A stretch of DNA of 64,000 nt from Isurus oxyrinchus (taxonomy: Eukaryota): the NCBI GenBank assembly GCA_026770705.1, contig JANJGN010000140.1:1-64000 (forward strand), written 5' to 3'. The translations under genes and the position numbers were made by a program. Below, piece after piece: positions 13,829 through 24,900 of this stretch. The first letter of the stretch is position 1; each line of letters begins with the position of its first letter. The notes under the pieces are model-generated. The model worked only from the letters and a program-made list of their open reading frames with translations. It did not search any database and was not told the origin of the DNA.

Positions 13829-14476
13829 ATGGGGAATTTCATCACACCCGGTCCTCGTCATTATATCACTTCTTCGTAAGCATTTCCTTCCCAGAAAAAA
13901 TCCGTTCTCCCCCTGACTGCTGTAACCCACATGTTATTAATTGTAAGGTGATGTTGCTGATGATGAAACTACTTGAAATGATGGTGATGATGATCCTGAT
14001 AATGATGACATCTACCCGACTACTTTATGTTAGGATGGAGCCATCCAGACACAGTGATCGGATCGGTTGCTGAAATGATGCCGAAGCTAAAATGATGCCG
14101 AAGACGGCAGTAACACCACGTGATCTGAATCTTGAAAACATATCTCCATAACCATTCAAAGAGTCATACGGATTCGAAATGTTAACTTTCTTCCTCTCCG
14201 CAGATGCTGTCAGACCTGCTGAGTTTTTCTAGCTATTTTTATATTTGCTCCATAACCATTTGTTCTGGTATAGTCAGCAGCCCAGGCAACATCCACATCT
14301 CTCGAATAATCTGATCGATGTGAATGAAAACAAGAAGACAGACATTATTGGTCAATTCTCTTCTACATTTAAGTAACTACCAAGATAACGGAGCTGAGGC
14401 TTTCACCGCTACGCAACCGAGTATTTCTGTGCACAAGCCCCAGGACAAAGATACGGCGGATCCCGGTCAAAATGCC
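13829..14476 (+). pseudogene. TCR V pseudogene (family of 35.2k V) with insertion
   Basis: Leader ATG 13829, donor 13876 (47 nt, frameshifted); exon from 14034 (WSHPDTV); FWYSQQP; YFCA; decayed RSS GATACGGCGGATCCCGGTCAAAATG; 91-bp insertion in CDR1. Confidence 0.85.
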
Positions 14477-16254
14477 AGAACGAGCGACTCAGTTAATGCT
14501 CAGCAGAGGGCGCTCGAACACCGGGAAACAAGGGCAAATATTCAGCCTTAGTGTCAGATTCAGGCGGAGCTTCCTGAAAAGAGCAAGAAACCCGTAACAT
14601 TTTGTTGGGCCATGACCTCCGAGCTCCAAGGCCGTGTAAGTGGGCGATACACCAAAGATGCGCCGGGGAACACCCCGCCCGGAGTTCCCAGGCCAGATTT
14701 ACACGGCAATTCTCCGGGAAGTAGACACTTCCCATGGGCAATTGCTCTATACTGGGAACAAACAGAAAGTACAATTTACGTTGCAAACCTCGAATGGTTC
14801 CGACTGTCCGACATCAAGAGTTGCACAGAAAAAGTTAGAATTAAAACCACTTCTAGCTTCTGGGTAACTTTGTACAGAGCCACACTGACACCCACGAGTT
14901 TCCTTCCGCAATCCCGAACTCCCAGGGACTACCCCCACTTCTCAGACTCCAACTACCCCCACGGGACACCCCAAACCCCCGAACCCCCAGGGGACTCCCC
15001 GCACCTCACGACTACTCTCAGCCGCCTAAACCCAGCTGCACATATAAAGAAAGTCCAGTGAATTCAGTAAATAGACGGAGATTTTCTCACCGTCTGGCAG
15101 CGCGGGATCCTGTGGATTGTAAACGGAAGAGGGAGGCGGAGAGAGAGAAGCATAAGTAAAAGCAGAAATGATATAAATAAATAGAGTTAACAAATCCAGG
15201 CAGGAAGCAGAAAAGGAGAGAGCGGGTTAAAATTATTGAATCGTGCGATGGCAGTGATTGAAAGGAAGATCTGAACATTGTCCCTGTGCACGCGATGCCG
15301 CCTGCTCCACAGTGCATCGGCCCCACACTTTATACCGAGTGTTTAAAACCTGAACAATGTTCGGTGACGGTGAGTGAAACCCCTTCCTTCCGCCGTCGCC
15401 TCCACCATCACCATCGTATATCGGCTCAGTGCCTGTCTGGCCTCAATGGTTAAAGACCTGAGATATTTACCTGTGAAGATCAGTGGATGAGGTCCCCATG
15501 GTGAATAATTTCAGTGCCGTCTGCTCTCACTAGTTAAAGATTTGAAACATTGAGCTGTGACAGACGAATGTATACCTCGTTTACGGATTAGCCCTGTGTC
15601 TGTCTGCATGCTTTCAGACACCGACGCAATGCCGAATATAAAGTTGAGAGGAAGAACGATGGGCGATGCATAGGGAGTTTGATAAAAATGAGACTTAGTA
15701 TGGTGATAATGTAGAGAAACACTAACAGAGGGACATAAATGAAAGTGAGATTGATTACATTGAGTGGTAGAGAGACATATTAACAGAGAAAGATGTGTAA
15801 TGCTGTGGTGAGGACTGAATAGCAGAAGGGTTTTGATGCAGAAATGCATTTATAAATATAAAGGGACAGAAAGTAAACAATTGATAATGGCTATTCTCCC
15901 ATATGACATTGGTGCAGTGAACAGCCGGAAAGGGGTCATCAGTGCTCTGTACAATACAAATGGACAAGAGAGACTAACACTGACTGAAGTTCTGGGATGC
16001 ACACACAGTCTGTAGACTCCTCAGTGACACCAGGAAACATGAAAATTGGAGATTTTAATCAGGAAAATGGGAATCACGCTAAAGGAAACAACGGGAAACA
16101 GGCAAACATTAGCACACAGCTAACAGAAGAAAACAGCAAGTAAAAAAAACAAACTTGTGGTATAGGAATCTGAGAGCCTTTAATGTGACTTGAGTGACGG
16201 CCACCTCAGTGCATAAACCCAGTGCCTGGTCGTACACAGTTACTCAAGGATTAA

Positions 16255-16745
16255 GCAATACTCATTTATTAGTGCACAGTAAAATACCTCTGTTTACATT
16301 AAACCAGAGGTCACCTCATTTATTACTGCACTGCACTGTTACACTATTACTGCATTAGATATACCTCCCCTTATGTTAGACGAGGCCCTATTTTTGTTAT
16401 TACTGACTACAACATTTTAATACTTATGTTTATATTACACTAGACACTGCCCCAATCGAACTACACTAGACCACATCCCACTTTATATTGCATTCGTTCC
16501 TTTTTTCAGTTATTTGCAATAGATTGCATCTTTGTCTCTGTGATCCTAGGTCATATCTCAGTTATTATTGCAAGAGGTCATCTCCATTTGTGTTAGGCAA
16601 CATCCTGTCCCAGTATTGCACAAGATAATGTCACTTTTAAATTACAGTAGCCCATGTCTCTATTTACGGTACATGAGACCCAATCTCATTTATTGCGGCA
16701 TTACTCATGTCTGCTTGCATTACGCTCGGCCTTGCCTGAATTACT
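16255..16745 (-). repeat. Third patch of the 27-bp minisatellite
   Basis: GTTTATATTACACTAGACAC-type units. Confidence 0.55.
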
Positions 16746-17451
16746 AGTGCTTAAAAAGGCTTTGAAGTGTTCGATCAGCCATGATTGTATTGAATGGCGG
16801 AGCAGCCTTGATGGGCTGAATGGCCTTCTCCTGTTCGTATGTTCCTTTGCTTCCAGATCCCGTACTATTGGCATTAATCTGAAGCAGACACTAGCCACCT
16901 AGCCAAGTAAGGTAACGAGCTTCCACTTACTCATTGTGTATGTTGTGTAAATCTGCCAGGATATTGGTAATGTCACTGGACTCCCTCATATTGTAAACTG
17001 GCCCTCAGTTGCTGGGCCAGGAAAGATGCCAAGTCTGAGGCGCTGGCCTTCAGGTTAGAAGTTTAATTGAGGTCCCGCCAGTTCGTTCAGGGCGATGTTA
17101 AACAATCTCCGGAATATTGGAGTAAGAGCGGGGAGGGGGGATTCTGCTGGTGTCCTGGGCCCACATTCCATCTTTAACAAACACCACCCAATACAAACAC
17201 ATGCACCGACCTCCCAGTTCATTGTTGTGGGGAAAGGAAGGAGGCAGCACAACTGGCAGAAAGAAAGGCTCCCCTCCCCCACTCATGTACACCAGAGTAT
17301 TGTGGGAGGGGCTTTCATATCCGGATCACAATCCAAATGTGGAGTCAGAAAATTGCAGCCTCCTTTTATAAACCTGCCTCTTATTCACACAGCACTTAGC
17401 CAGCGACCCGGGAACCGTGCTGCCCGTCAATGATCTCAACAACACTGCCCT

Positions 17452-17553
17452 GTGCAAATCAACTCGGCCCCGTGAAAATATTTCAGTCCAGCTCTGAGGT
17501 CCGGTCTCCCAGTGCAGTCCAGGGCTGCGGTCTCCAGCTTCCCGTCATATAAA
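17452..17553 (+). promoter_or_regulatory. Putative NAR-TCR V promoter
   Basis: GTGCAAAT (octamer, 1 mismatch) 17452-17459; CGTCA half-CRE 17543-17547; TATAAA 17548-17553. Confidence 0.45.
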
Positions 17554-17577
17554 CCCTCAGCTCCAGGCAGCAGAACA

Positions 17578-18051
17578 ATGGGAATCCTCCTTGTTTTCAA
17601 CCTGTGTGTCTGTTTACCCCGTGAGTACCGATCAAACATTCCGATATTGTGTGGATTGAATATAAAGTTGCCCGAGTCCATCCCAATTACGGACACTGTC
17701 TGGGGTTTTAACCCGGTTCTCTGGTTCGGCTTCGATGGTCCATTAAAGTCTCTCTGTTTAATTTCCAGGCTCTTTCAGTCAGTTAGTGACACAGACCCCG
17801 GCAGCGGTGACCAGGAAGGAGTGTCAGTCTCTCACCATCACCTGTGTTTTCTCCGGTGCTTCGTGGCATTATTTCCAAACGGGACATTTCTTCAAACAAA
17901 CCCAGACCGGGACAGAGTGGGAGCGAATCTCCAGCGGGGGGAGATTTGTTGTGTCGGTGAATAAAGCACAAAATACATTTTCGCTGGAAATTCAGGAATT
18001 GAGAGTTGAGGACACCGCCACCTATTACTGTAAAGCTCAGTACTACAGATA
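17578..18051 (+). CDS. NAR-TCR V segment (VNAR-like): leader exon 17578-17620 + V exon 17769-18051
   Basis: Leader MGILLVFNLCVCLP|gtgagt; acceptor tttccag; QLVTQTPAAVTRKECQSLTITC...ERISSGGRFVVSVNKAQNTFSLEIQELRVEDTATYYCKAQYYR. Lacks CDR2, has the VNAR-type GGRF/Y..VN..FSL motif and an extra FR1 Cys. Confidence 0.92.
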
Positions 18052-18089
18052 CACAGTGATGGGCCTCAGCTTCCCGCGATACAAAATTT
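18052..18089 (+). other. V RSS, 22-bp spacer (23-class)
   Basis: CACAGTG 18052-18058, 22 nt, ACAAAATTT 18081-18089. Confidence 0.9.
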
Positions 18090-18415
18090 CACTACAGGTT
18101 ATCAGAGAAACAAATGAAAAAGCGGAGTTAATTCTGCAGTTAAACCCCCACCGTTCCGCCTCACACCGTCTGCCCCACAGTCTAGTTTATAATGGAATTG
18201 GATTATTGCCGTTAACATCTTGAGTTTTATAAATGCCGAGTGCGGGCGGATGGTGATGTCTTTCCCGGGATTGGCGTCAGTGAATCGGGATTGGGAATGA
18301 TTGATCCCAGTTACAAACCCCTAACACAAGATGTGATCCTGGTCTAACAGCTGGAACCAGGAACCGCAGTCCCCGGTGTTTAACTAATGTCCCCACATCT
18401 CACCAAGTACCCGGG

Positions 18416-18488
18416 GGGTTTTATACTGACTTGTAACACTGTGTGGGAGTATGGGGAAGTCACAGTGGGAGAGAACTGAGCAAATACT
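18416..18488 (+). other. NAR-TCR D segment (18444-18460) with 12-RSS on both sides
   Basis: GGGTTTTAT-12-CACTGTG [TGGGAGTATGGGGAAGT] CACAGTG-12-GCAAATACT. Confidence 0.9.
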
Positions 18489-18802
18489 TTTGTACGGTCA
18501 CAATATAAATTCTCCTGGTCCGGATAGTGAATTGTCGGGTTGATGTTATTATCGCTGGAATCTAGCTACATTTCATCGTAATTTCCATCATTCAGTTATC
18601 TTTTTAAATATTTTTCTCGCTTTATATGAAGCGAAAATCTCGTCCCCGGGACCATTTCCTGAGAGCTCAGGGCCTCACAAAGAACAGTTTGAACCGACAG
18701 AGACTTTAGAACATGGAATATTGTTTGTTTATTTCAATCCGTTGAATAGTTGGGCAGTTTCTACTGTCTGATGATGATTTCCAGGCAGGTTAAGGTGTCG
18801 GT

Positions 18803-18897
18803 GGTTGTTGTACCGGGGACACTGAGAGTGGAGTCACTGTGGAAATATTATTATGCGGATGGATCCAGGACGGTGGTGACTGTCACAGCCGGTAAGT
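18803..18897 (+). other. NAR-TCR J segment (coding 18842-18891) with 23-RSS and splice donor
   Basis: GGTTGTTGT-23-CACTGTG; KYYYADGSRTVVTVTA; phase-1 donor GTAAGT at 18892. Confidence 0.9.
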
Positions 18898-19594
18898 GAC
18901 TCCAAACCCCGTCGGGTTACAGCCTGTCCTCTGTCAGTTTATTATTGATGTCAGTGGGGTCTGGGGGGATGTGAGAGTTGACGGAATCTGGGGTGTTATC
19001 GGTTTAACGGGAACATTGGGGACACGATCAACATCACAGACTCTCACAGTCTGAATCGCTTTTAATGAGCACAGGTTGTTGACACTCAGGACTCCACACC
19101 CGGTGTTAACTGTGACCGAGGGAGCTCTGTCTGTCCCTGAGAGCCCAGGAGCTGGGTAACAGAGCTCTCTCCTGGGCAGCAGATTGCAGTTCGAGCCGCG
19201 CAATGTGAATGAGGTACCGGGTGAATAAACTCAACACAACTGAGGCCAGCTCGGATACCTTCCAGACCTGACCCGGGAGAAAAATGGGAGAGTGACACAA
19301 GGGGCCTCAGATATATGAGATCCTGATGGGAGTCCAGGTTGAATTCTATATTTGACAATCAGTGACTAAAATTAGTGACATTGTCCCCGCCATTTCTTTC
19401 AATTGCCTTTATAGAACCAATCACTTTCCTCCTTTTCCGTCCTCAGAACGAAATGTGGAAGTTTGGAACTGCAGACACTTCTCTATATTGAATGTAGATG
19501 TTTGAGAGATGTGATTGCTGTAATTTATCTGTATCCCTGATTACTGTGAACTGAAACAGCACAGTGCAGTGAGACAGTGAGGATGATGTATTAA

Positions 19595-20770
19595 TCTTAT
19601 AAAGGAGAGGAGGGTCATAAGGAAACAATTATTAGCTAGGAGAATGATCATTTAGAATCGGCAAGAAAGAAATAATCGAAAGGGAGAGAACGATTGGATG
19701 ATTTCTGGGCGATTTTCAAAGTAACATTCTACTCGGTGGTGGGTGAGGTTTATGGAGGGAAGGACTGAAATAGACTCCAGACCGGAATGCTGTGTAAAGT
19801 TTTGGTCCCCTTTTAGAAGGGAGATCAATCTGCATTGGAAGGAGTGCAACAAAGGTTCATCAGACTGATTCCTGAGATGAAGGGATTGTCTAATGGGAAG
19901 AGATTTAGTCGTCTCGGTCTGTATTTCCTAGAGTTTAGAAGAATGAGATGTGATCTCAGGAAAACATATAATATTCTGAAGGGACTTGACAGGGCAGATT
20001 CTGGGTCGGTGTCTCCCCAGACTGAGGAGTATATAACTTGTGGTCACAGCTTCAGTATAAAGAGTCATCCATTAGAACTGAGAAGGAAAATAATTCTTCA
20101 ATAGAATCATTGTTAATCTGTGGCATTCCGTAACTCAGAGAGCGGTGGGTGTTCATAATCTATGTGCATTCAAGACAATATTCGATAGGTTTTCGGACAT
20201 TAAAGGGATCAGCGATATGGGGAGAGTGCGGGAATGTGATGTTGCGGCTGTAAATCAGCCAGGATATTACTGAATGGCTGAGCAAGTTTGAAAGGTGATA
20301 TGGGGGCTCCTGCTTCTATTGATTGGATGCTCTGCTTTGATTTCTTACACTCCTGAGGGAAGAAACAATCAGCAACAATCCACATCTCTCTGGGAAGATT
20401 GAACAGGCTGGGTCTCTTTTTTCTGGAAAACAGAACCACAAGGAGAATCCATGGAAATCTTTCAATATTGAACGGGTTTAATCTGGACAAATTGAATGTA
20501 AAGCAGTAGGCGTCAACATATGAAACTAAATAACAGAACAGATAAAACATTTAAAACAAATGAATTTAAAGAAAGGCAGGTCAGAATGTGGAACCTGCTG
20601 CCACAGGGAGAGGTTGGAGATTGTATTGATATCGTAAGTGGAACACTTGAAAATACAGGAGGGAGAACAGAACAGACCAACACAGGGAGCTGGATGTAAA
20701 TGGTCAATTAGATTTCTGGTGGGGTCAAGCGGGAATTGATTATATACACAGGCTGAATGGCCCATTCCTC
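19595..20770 (+). mobile_element. Two CR1-like LINE 3' fragments
   Basis: ORF 19835-20104 LEGVQQRFIRLIPEMKGLS..RLGLYFLEFRRMRCDL; second decayed copy ~20350-20770. Confidence 0.8.
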
Positions 20771-21801
20771 TTCCGCATTCTTCTTCCTCGATAATGTAAA
20801 ATTGTCAGAAAACTCCGGCCAGAGAACCTGGGACAGAATCAGTTAACGTGCGGAAAGAATTGAAATCGTCAGAGAGCCGGAAGAGGCAGTTCCCAGTGAC
20901 TAACAGTAAAACTACTGCGGAAACTGAATAAACTAAACCCAGCCGACAACTCAGAGAGATTGGGACAAGTTCCCATGGTTGCAAAAAAACGCAAACAGCA
21001 CAAAATAAATGTGAAATAAAGGGAATGTGAAATTGAAGAAATAAAATAAAATTAATTGCACCTATTTGATATTAAGCTGAACTGGAGAAAATAGGACTCT
21101 ATTGTTAGAACATAAAGAAATAGAGCAAAAGGCAGATAGAAATTCCTGAGCAATTTTAAACCGCAGTAAATGATTGACCTTTCACCACGAGAGATGCTCA
21201 CTCTCGGTTTGGCCCAGTCGGTGCGGATGAATCCCATCAGTTTGTGTTGGATCTTGCTGTGCGCGGTCATGCCACACAGCTGTGTTTCTCTTCGACAAAC
21301 ATGCTTTTTTTGGAAACTGGTTGCCTCGCTGAACATGAAATGCTCTCTCGTGTTTGTGTCTCACCAAGGGAAATAGAAACGGGAATGTAATATAATTCAT
21401 AGAATTATCCAGCACGGAATGATGACATTCGGCCCCTAGTGTAGGTGCTGAACCTTTAAAAGTGCAATCCAATTGTTCCCACTGCCCATGAATTTTCTCC
21501 ATAGCTTTATATTTTTATTTACATTTCCAGCACAGACCCATTACCCGTTTGAAAGTCACTATTGAATCTATCCCCAACACCAATTCAGACAGTCCAGTCC
21601 TGATCGGAAGAACTCGCGATGTAAAATAAAACATCACCTCATTCCCCATTTGGTCATATTTTCATAACAGTGAACACGGTTCAAGTAGGCTTCCAGCAAA
21701 TAAAATTACAGCAAAAAGCAGAGCTATTCACGTGATTGACAGATTCTCCTGGACAAACAGTGGCTGAACAAAAAGATAGTGTTCATTTTTTTATCCTACA
21801 G

Positions 21802-22101
21802 ATTCCAGTTCCATAATTTCCCGGATTTCGCCTCTACAAACGTCTGCTGTCGGTGACACCGTTACTTTAAACTGGGAATATTCAGGGTTCTGCGCAGTAC
21901 ACTGGTACCGTCAGTCCTTAGGACAGGCTCCGGAATATCTGCTTCAGGGACAAACTTCAGGAGAGGAGACTAAAGAAAACGCTGCCGGGGGGAGAATTTC
22001 TGCTTCCATCAATTCTACCGAGAAAATCAGCTGGTTAAAGATCTCCAAACTGCAACTGAGCGACTCCGCTGTTTATTACTGTGAACTGAGTCAGCACACA
22101 G
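21802..22101 (+). CDS. Leaderless supporting TCR-delta V of the NAR-TCR cassette (open frame; canonical first Cys replaced by Trp)
   Basis: Acceptor ttttttatcctacag, phase 1 matching the J donor; DSSSIISRISPLQTSAVGDTVTLNWEYSGFCAVHWYRQSLGQAPEYLLQ...LKISKLQLSDSAVYYCELSQH; CDR1 Cys; no leader exon seen immediately upstream. Confidence 0.88.
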
Positions 22102-22266
22102 CACAGTGATACAGAGCACGAAGAGAGCTGTACAAAAACTTAAAACATGCTTGGAGAACATACACACAGTGATAGAGAGCACAGAGAGAGCTGTACAAAA
22201 ACCTGAACATGGTGGGGATTACAGACACACTGTGACACAAGGCACGGAGAGAGTTCAAATAATTGT
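22102..22266 (+). other. Three tandem 23-RSS units, 63-bp period
   Basis: CACAGTG 22102/ACAAAAACT 22132; CACAGTG 22165/ACAAAAACC 22195; CACTGTG 22228 with decayed nonamer. Confidence 0.9.
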
Positions 22267-22277
22267 CAAATTTCGGG

Positions 22278-22418
22278 NNNNNNNNNNNNNNNNNNNNNNN
22301 NNNNNNNNNNNNNNNNNNNNNNNNNNNNNNNNNNNNNNNNNNNNNNNNNNNNNNNNNNNNNNNNNNNNNNNNNNNNNNNNNNNNNNNNNNNNNNNNNNNN
22401 NNNNNNNNNNNNNNNNNN
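22278..22418. other. Assembly gap
   Basis: Run of N. Confidence 1.
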
Positions 22419-22589
22419 GGAGGGAATCACTCCACGAATGCACTTTCAATTGACCTTACAATTTTGTGTCACAGAATAAAACCGTTAAACACATCAAGTT
22501 CGCACGTTCTTTCTGGCTCCGCAGAGCCTTTAATATTTTTATACTTCGAGCTGCCAAAATAATTCATTCAATTATCCATTCTTCAACAA

Positions 22590-23000
22590 GCGATATGCAC
22601 TTTTTGGGCATAAATGGTTGAAGGTGGCCTGACAGCCTGAGAATATGGTCCTAAAACAACCGGGATTATCGACATCATAACAGCGGCATAGAGTCTAAAA
22701 GCAAGGGAATACTACTGTTCCCCTGGAAAGCACTGGTTCCCCCTCAACTGGAACATTATGTCTACTTCCGGGCATCGCACTTTAGGAGAGATGTGAATGG
22801 TTTAGAAAGGGCGCAGATAAGTTTACCAGAATCATCCCAGGGATGCAGGACTTCAGTTAATTGGAGAGATTGGGGAAATTGAGCTTGTTCTCCATGGAGA
22901 GTGGAAAGTTGAGGATAGATCTGATAGAGGTGCTCAAAATCATGTGGGCCTGGGCTGAGTAAATCAAAATAAACAATTTCTATAGGTGGAAGGGTAGAGA
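22590..23000 (+). mobile_element. CR1-like LINE fragment
   Basis: LV.PQLEHYVYFRASHFRRDVNGLERAQ..FTRIIPG. Confidence 0.75.
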
Positions 23001-24504
23001 AGAAGAACAGGAGGTTAGTTTTCGATTCTCTTCCTTGGTGAATGGGCCGTAGAAGGAAGCAGCTCCGACAATTCTGTGCGGCTGGGAAAGCTCCCTCTCT
23101 GTGGCACAGGGAGTGCAGGCGGCACTCTACGAGAATTGTCCGCACATTCGCGGCTGTACAAACCATCACTTTTGTTTTTTACGACAGAATGTTTATATTG
23201 AAGTCACTTTTCGTATAAATCGAGCTTTTTTACCCGCACACACGCCAGATTTGCACAGCCTGCTGTATCACACAAACACACACACACGCACACACACACA
23301 GGGCCGACTGTGTCTCACAGAAACCTATCCTCCGGTTTTCAATGGCTCAGGGCAAAATATTGTCAGCAGGATAACAGCACGGTGATTGGCTCTTTCTTCC
23401 ATTGATGCGGGGTCAGGAGGTCACGGCGTATTTTCAGGCTCCGCCCAGCGTTAAAACACCCTTTACAGCTTGTAAATCGTGCAACGTTTGACTCGGACCT
23501 TGGAAGAAGGGTAAAACAGCAAGCTCTTAAAGGGGCTCTGAACTGCTCGAGATGTTTGGCTAAGTTTTAGTATTTACGACGGATGATTAGTGGTTGAAAT
23601 ATGGATCGGAAGTAAGTGACATCTTTACTGCAATGATTCAGTGAGGTGGCTGAACATAAATTGCTTATTTTTAATAACTAAAAACGATTTCGTACAGTCA
23701 AGACTTAACGTAGAAACAATAGTTTTCAAGGAGTACATGTCATCAATTCAATGCAATGTTGTTATAAAAAACACAATCTGGATCGTGTTTATCAGTGTAT
23801 CCTCTTAAAGCACAGCATATGGACTTTGGAATACAACAATAATTAGGGCCTGGTGAATGCTAACAGAGAAAGCGCCTAGTGTAACAACCAAAGAGGAAGT
23901 GGAAAATAAGGGGGATCTATTAAAACATTCACAGAGAAAGAGCCTAGCATCATAATCAAGGAGCCTAGGACTGGTACAAAAATGTCCTACTATTTCCTTA
24001 CGTGACTTAATCCCAATTTTGTTTTATTGTCCCCGTGTGAGGCGATTTGTAACATTTAAAATGTTTTAAAATGTCATAATATATGTTAAACGTGTGTAAA
24101 TGCGCGTTGTTGTTGTGAGATTACGCTTTATGTTGTGCGGATATTCGTTGGCTAATGCTGCCATAGCTTGCGTTGTGTGGATATCATTATACTGACTGAG
24201 TAAGTTAACATAAGTAGTTATGTTTCAGTTCTTTGTCGTTTTCATGAGAAAACCAGATGAATATTTACTTTTTGAGGTGCCACAGCTTTGTTCTAATGGT
24301 TTTGCTACTCAGTGTCCTGAAACATTTTCCTCTGGCCAGAGCTGGTTGAGTGAGGAAGGAAATGCAGTTGTTTTGTTTCATACATGACAAAATCCCCAGT
24401 ATATAACCGACATCAGACGTATTTGCAGAAAAATCGTTGAGGCTGAGCAAAGGAATTTACAATTTAGCAGAGACCTTTCATGGGAATCACGTCATGTTTC
24501 GGGA

Positions 24505-24900
24505 ACGGGAGCTCATGGTTACGTCACTGGGTTAATGATCCAGAGGCCTGAGCCAATGACACGAGTTCCAATTCTAATTCTACTAATTAATTTCAATGGA
24601 GATAATAAATAACTCTGGAATAAAGTTGCAGTACCAGAAACAGTGATCAGGTAACTACCAGATCATCGCAATAAACTCTATCCAGTTCAGTAACGTCCTT
24701 CAGGGAAGGAAATCTGCTCTGGCCCAGTTATGATTCCAGATCCACAACAATGTGGTTGAACGTTAACGGCCTTCTTAAATGACTCAGAAAACCACTGAAT
24801 CGGCAAGTGGCGGCTCGCCACCCTCTGAAAGGCAATTAGTGATGGACAATAATGCTGTTGCTCCAATGTCGCCCAAATCGAATAAATGAATGAATAAAAA
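24505..24900 (+). mobile_element. tRNA-derived SINE
   Basis: GGTTACGTCACTGG..TAATGATCCAGAGGCC head, A-rich tail; related copies at ~36390-36640 (-) and ~43430-43650 (-). Confidence 0.6.

Noticed and set aside
17578-18897. IgNAR (antibody) cluster
   Set aside because: Only one D, no constant exons, and the J is followed by a leaderless V-delta amid TCR Vs, which fits NAR-TCR
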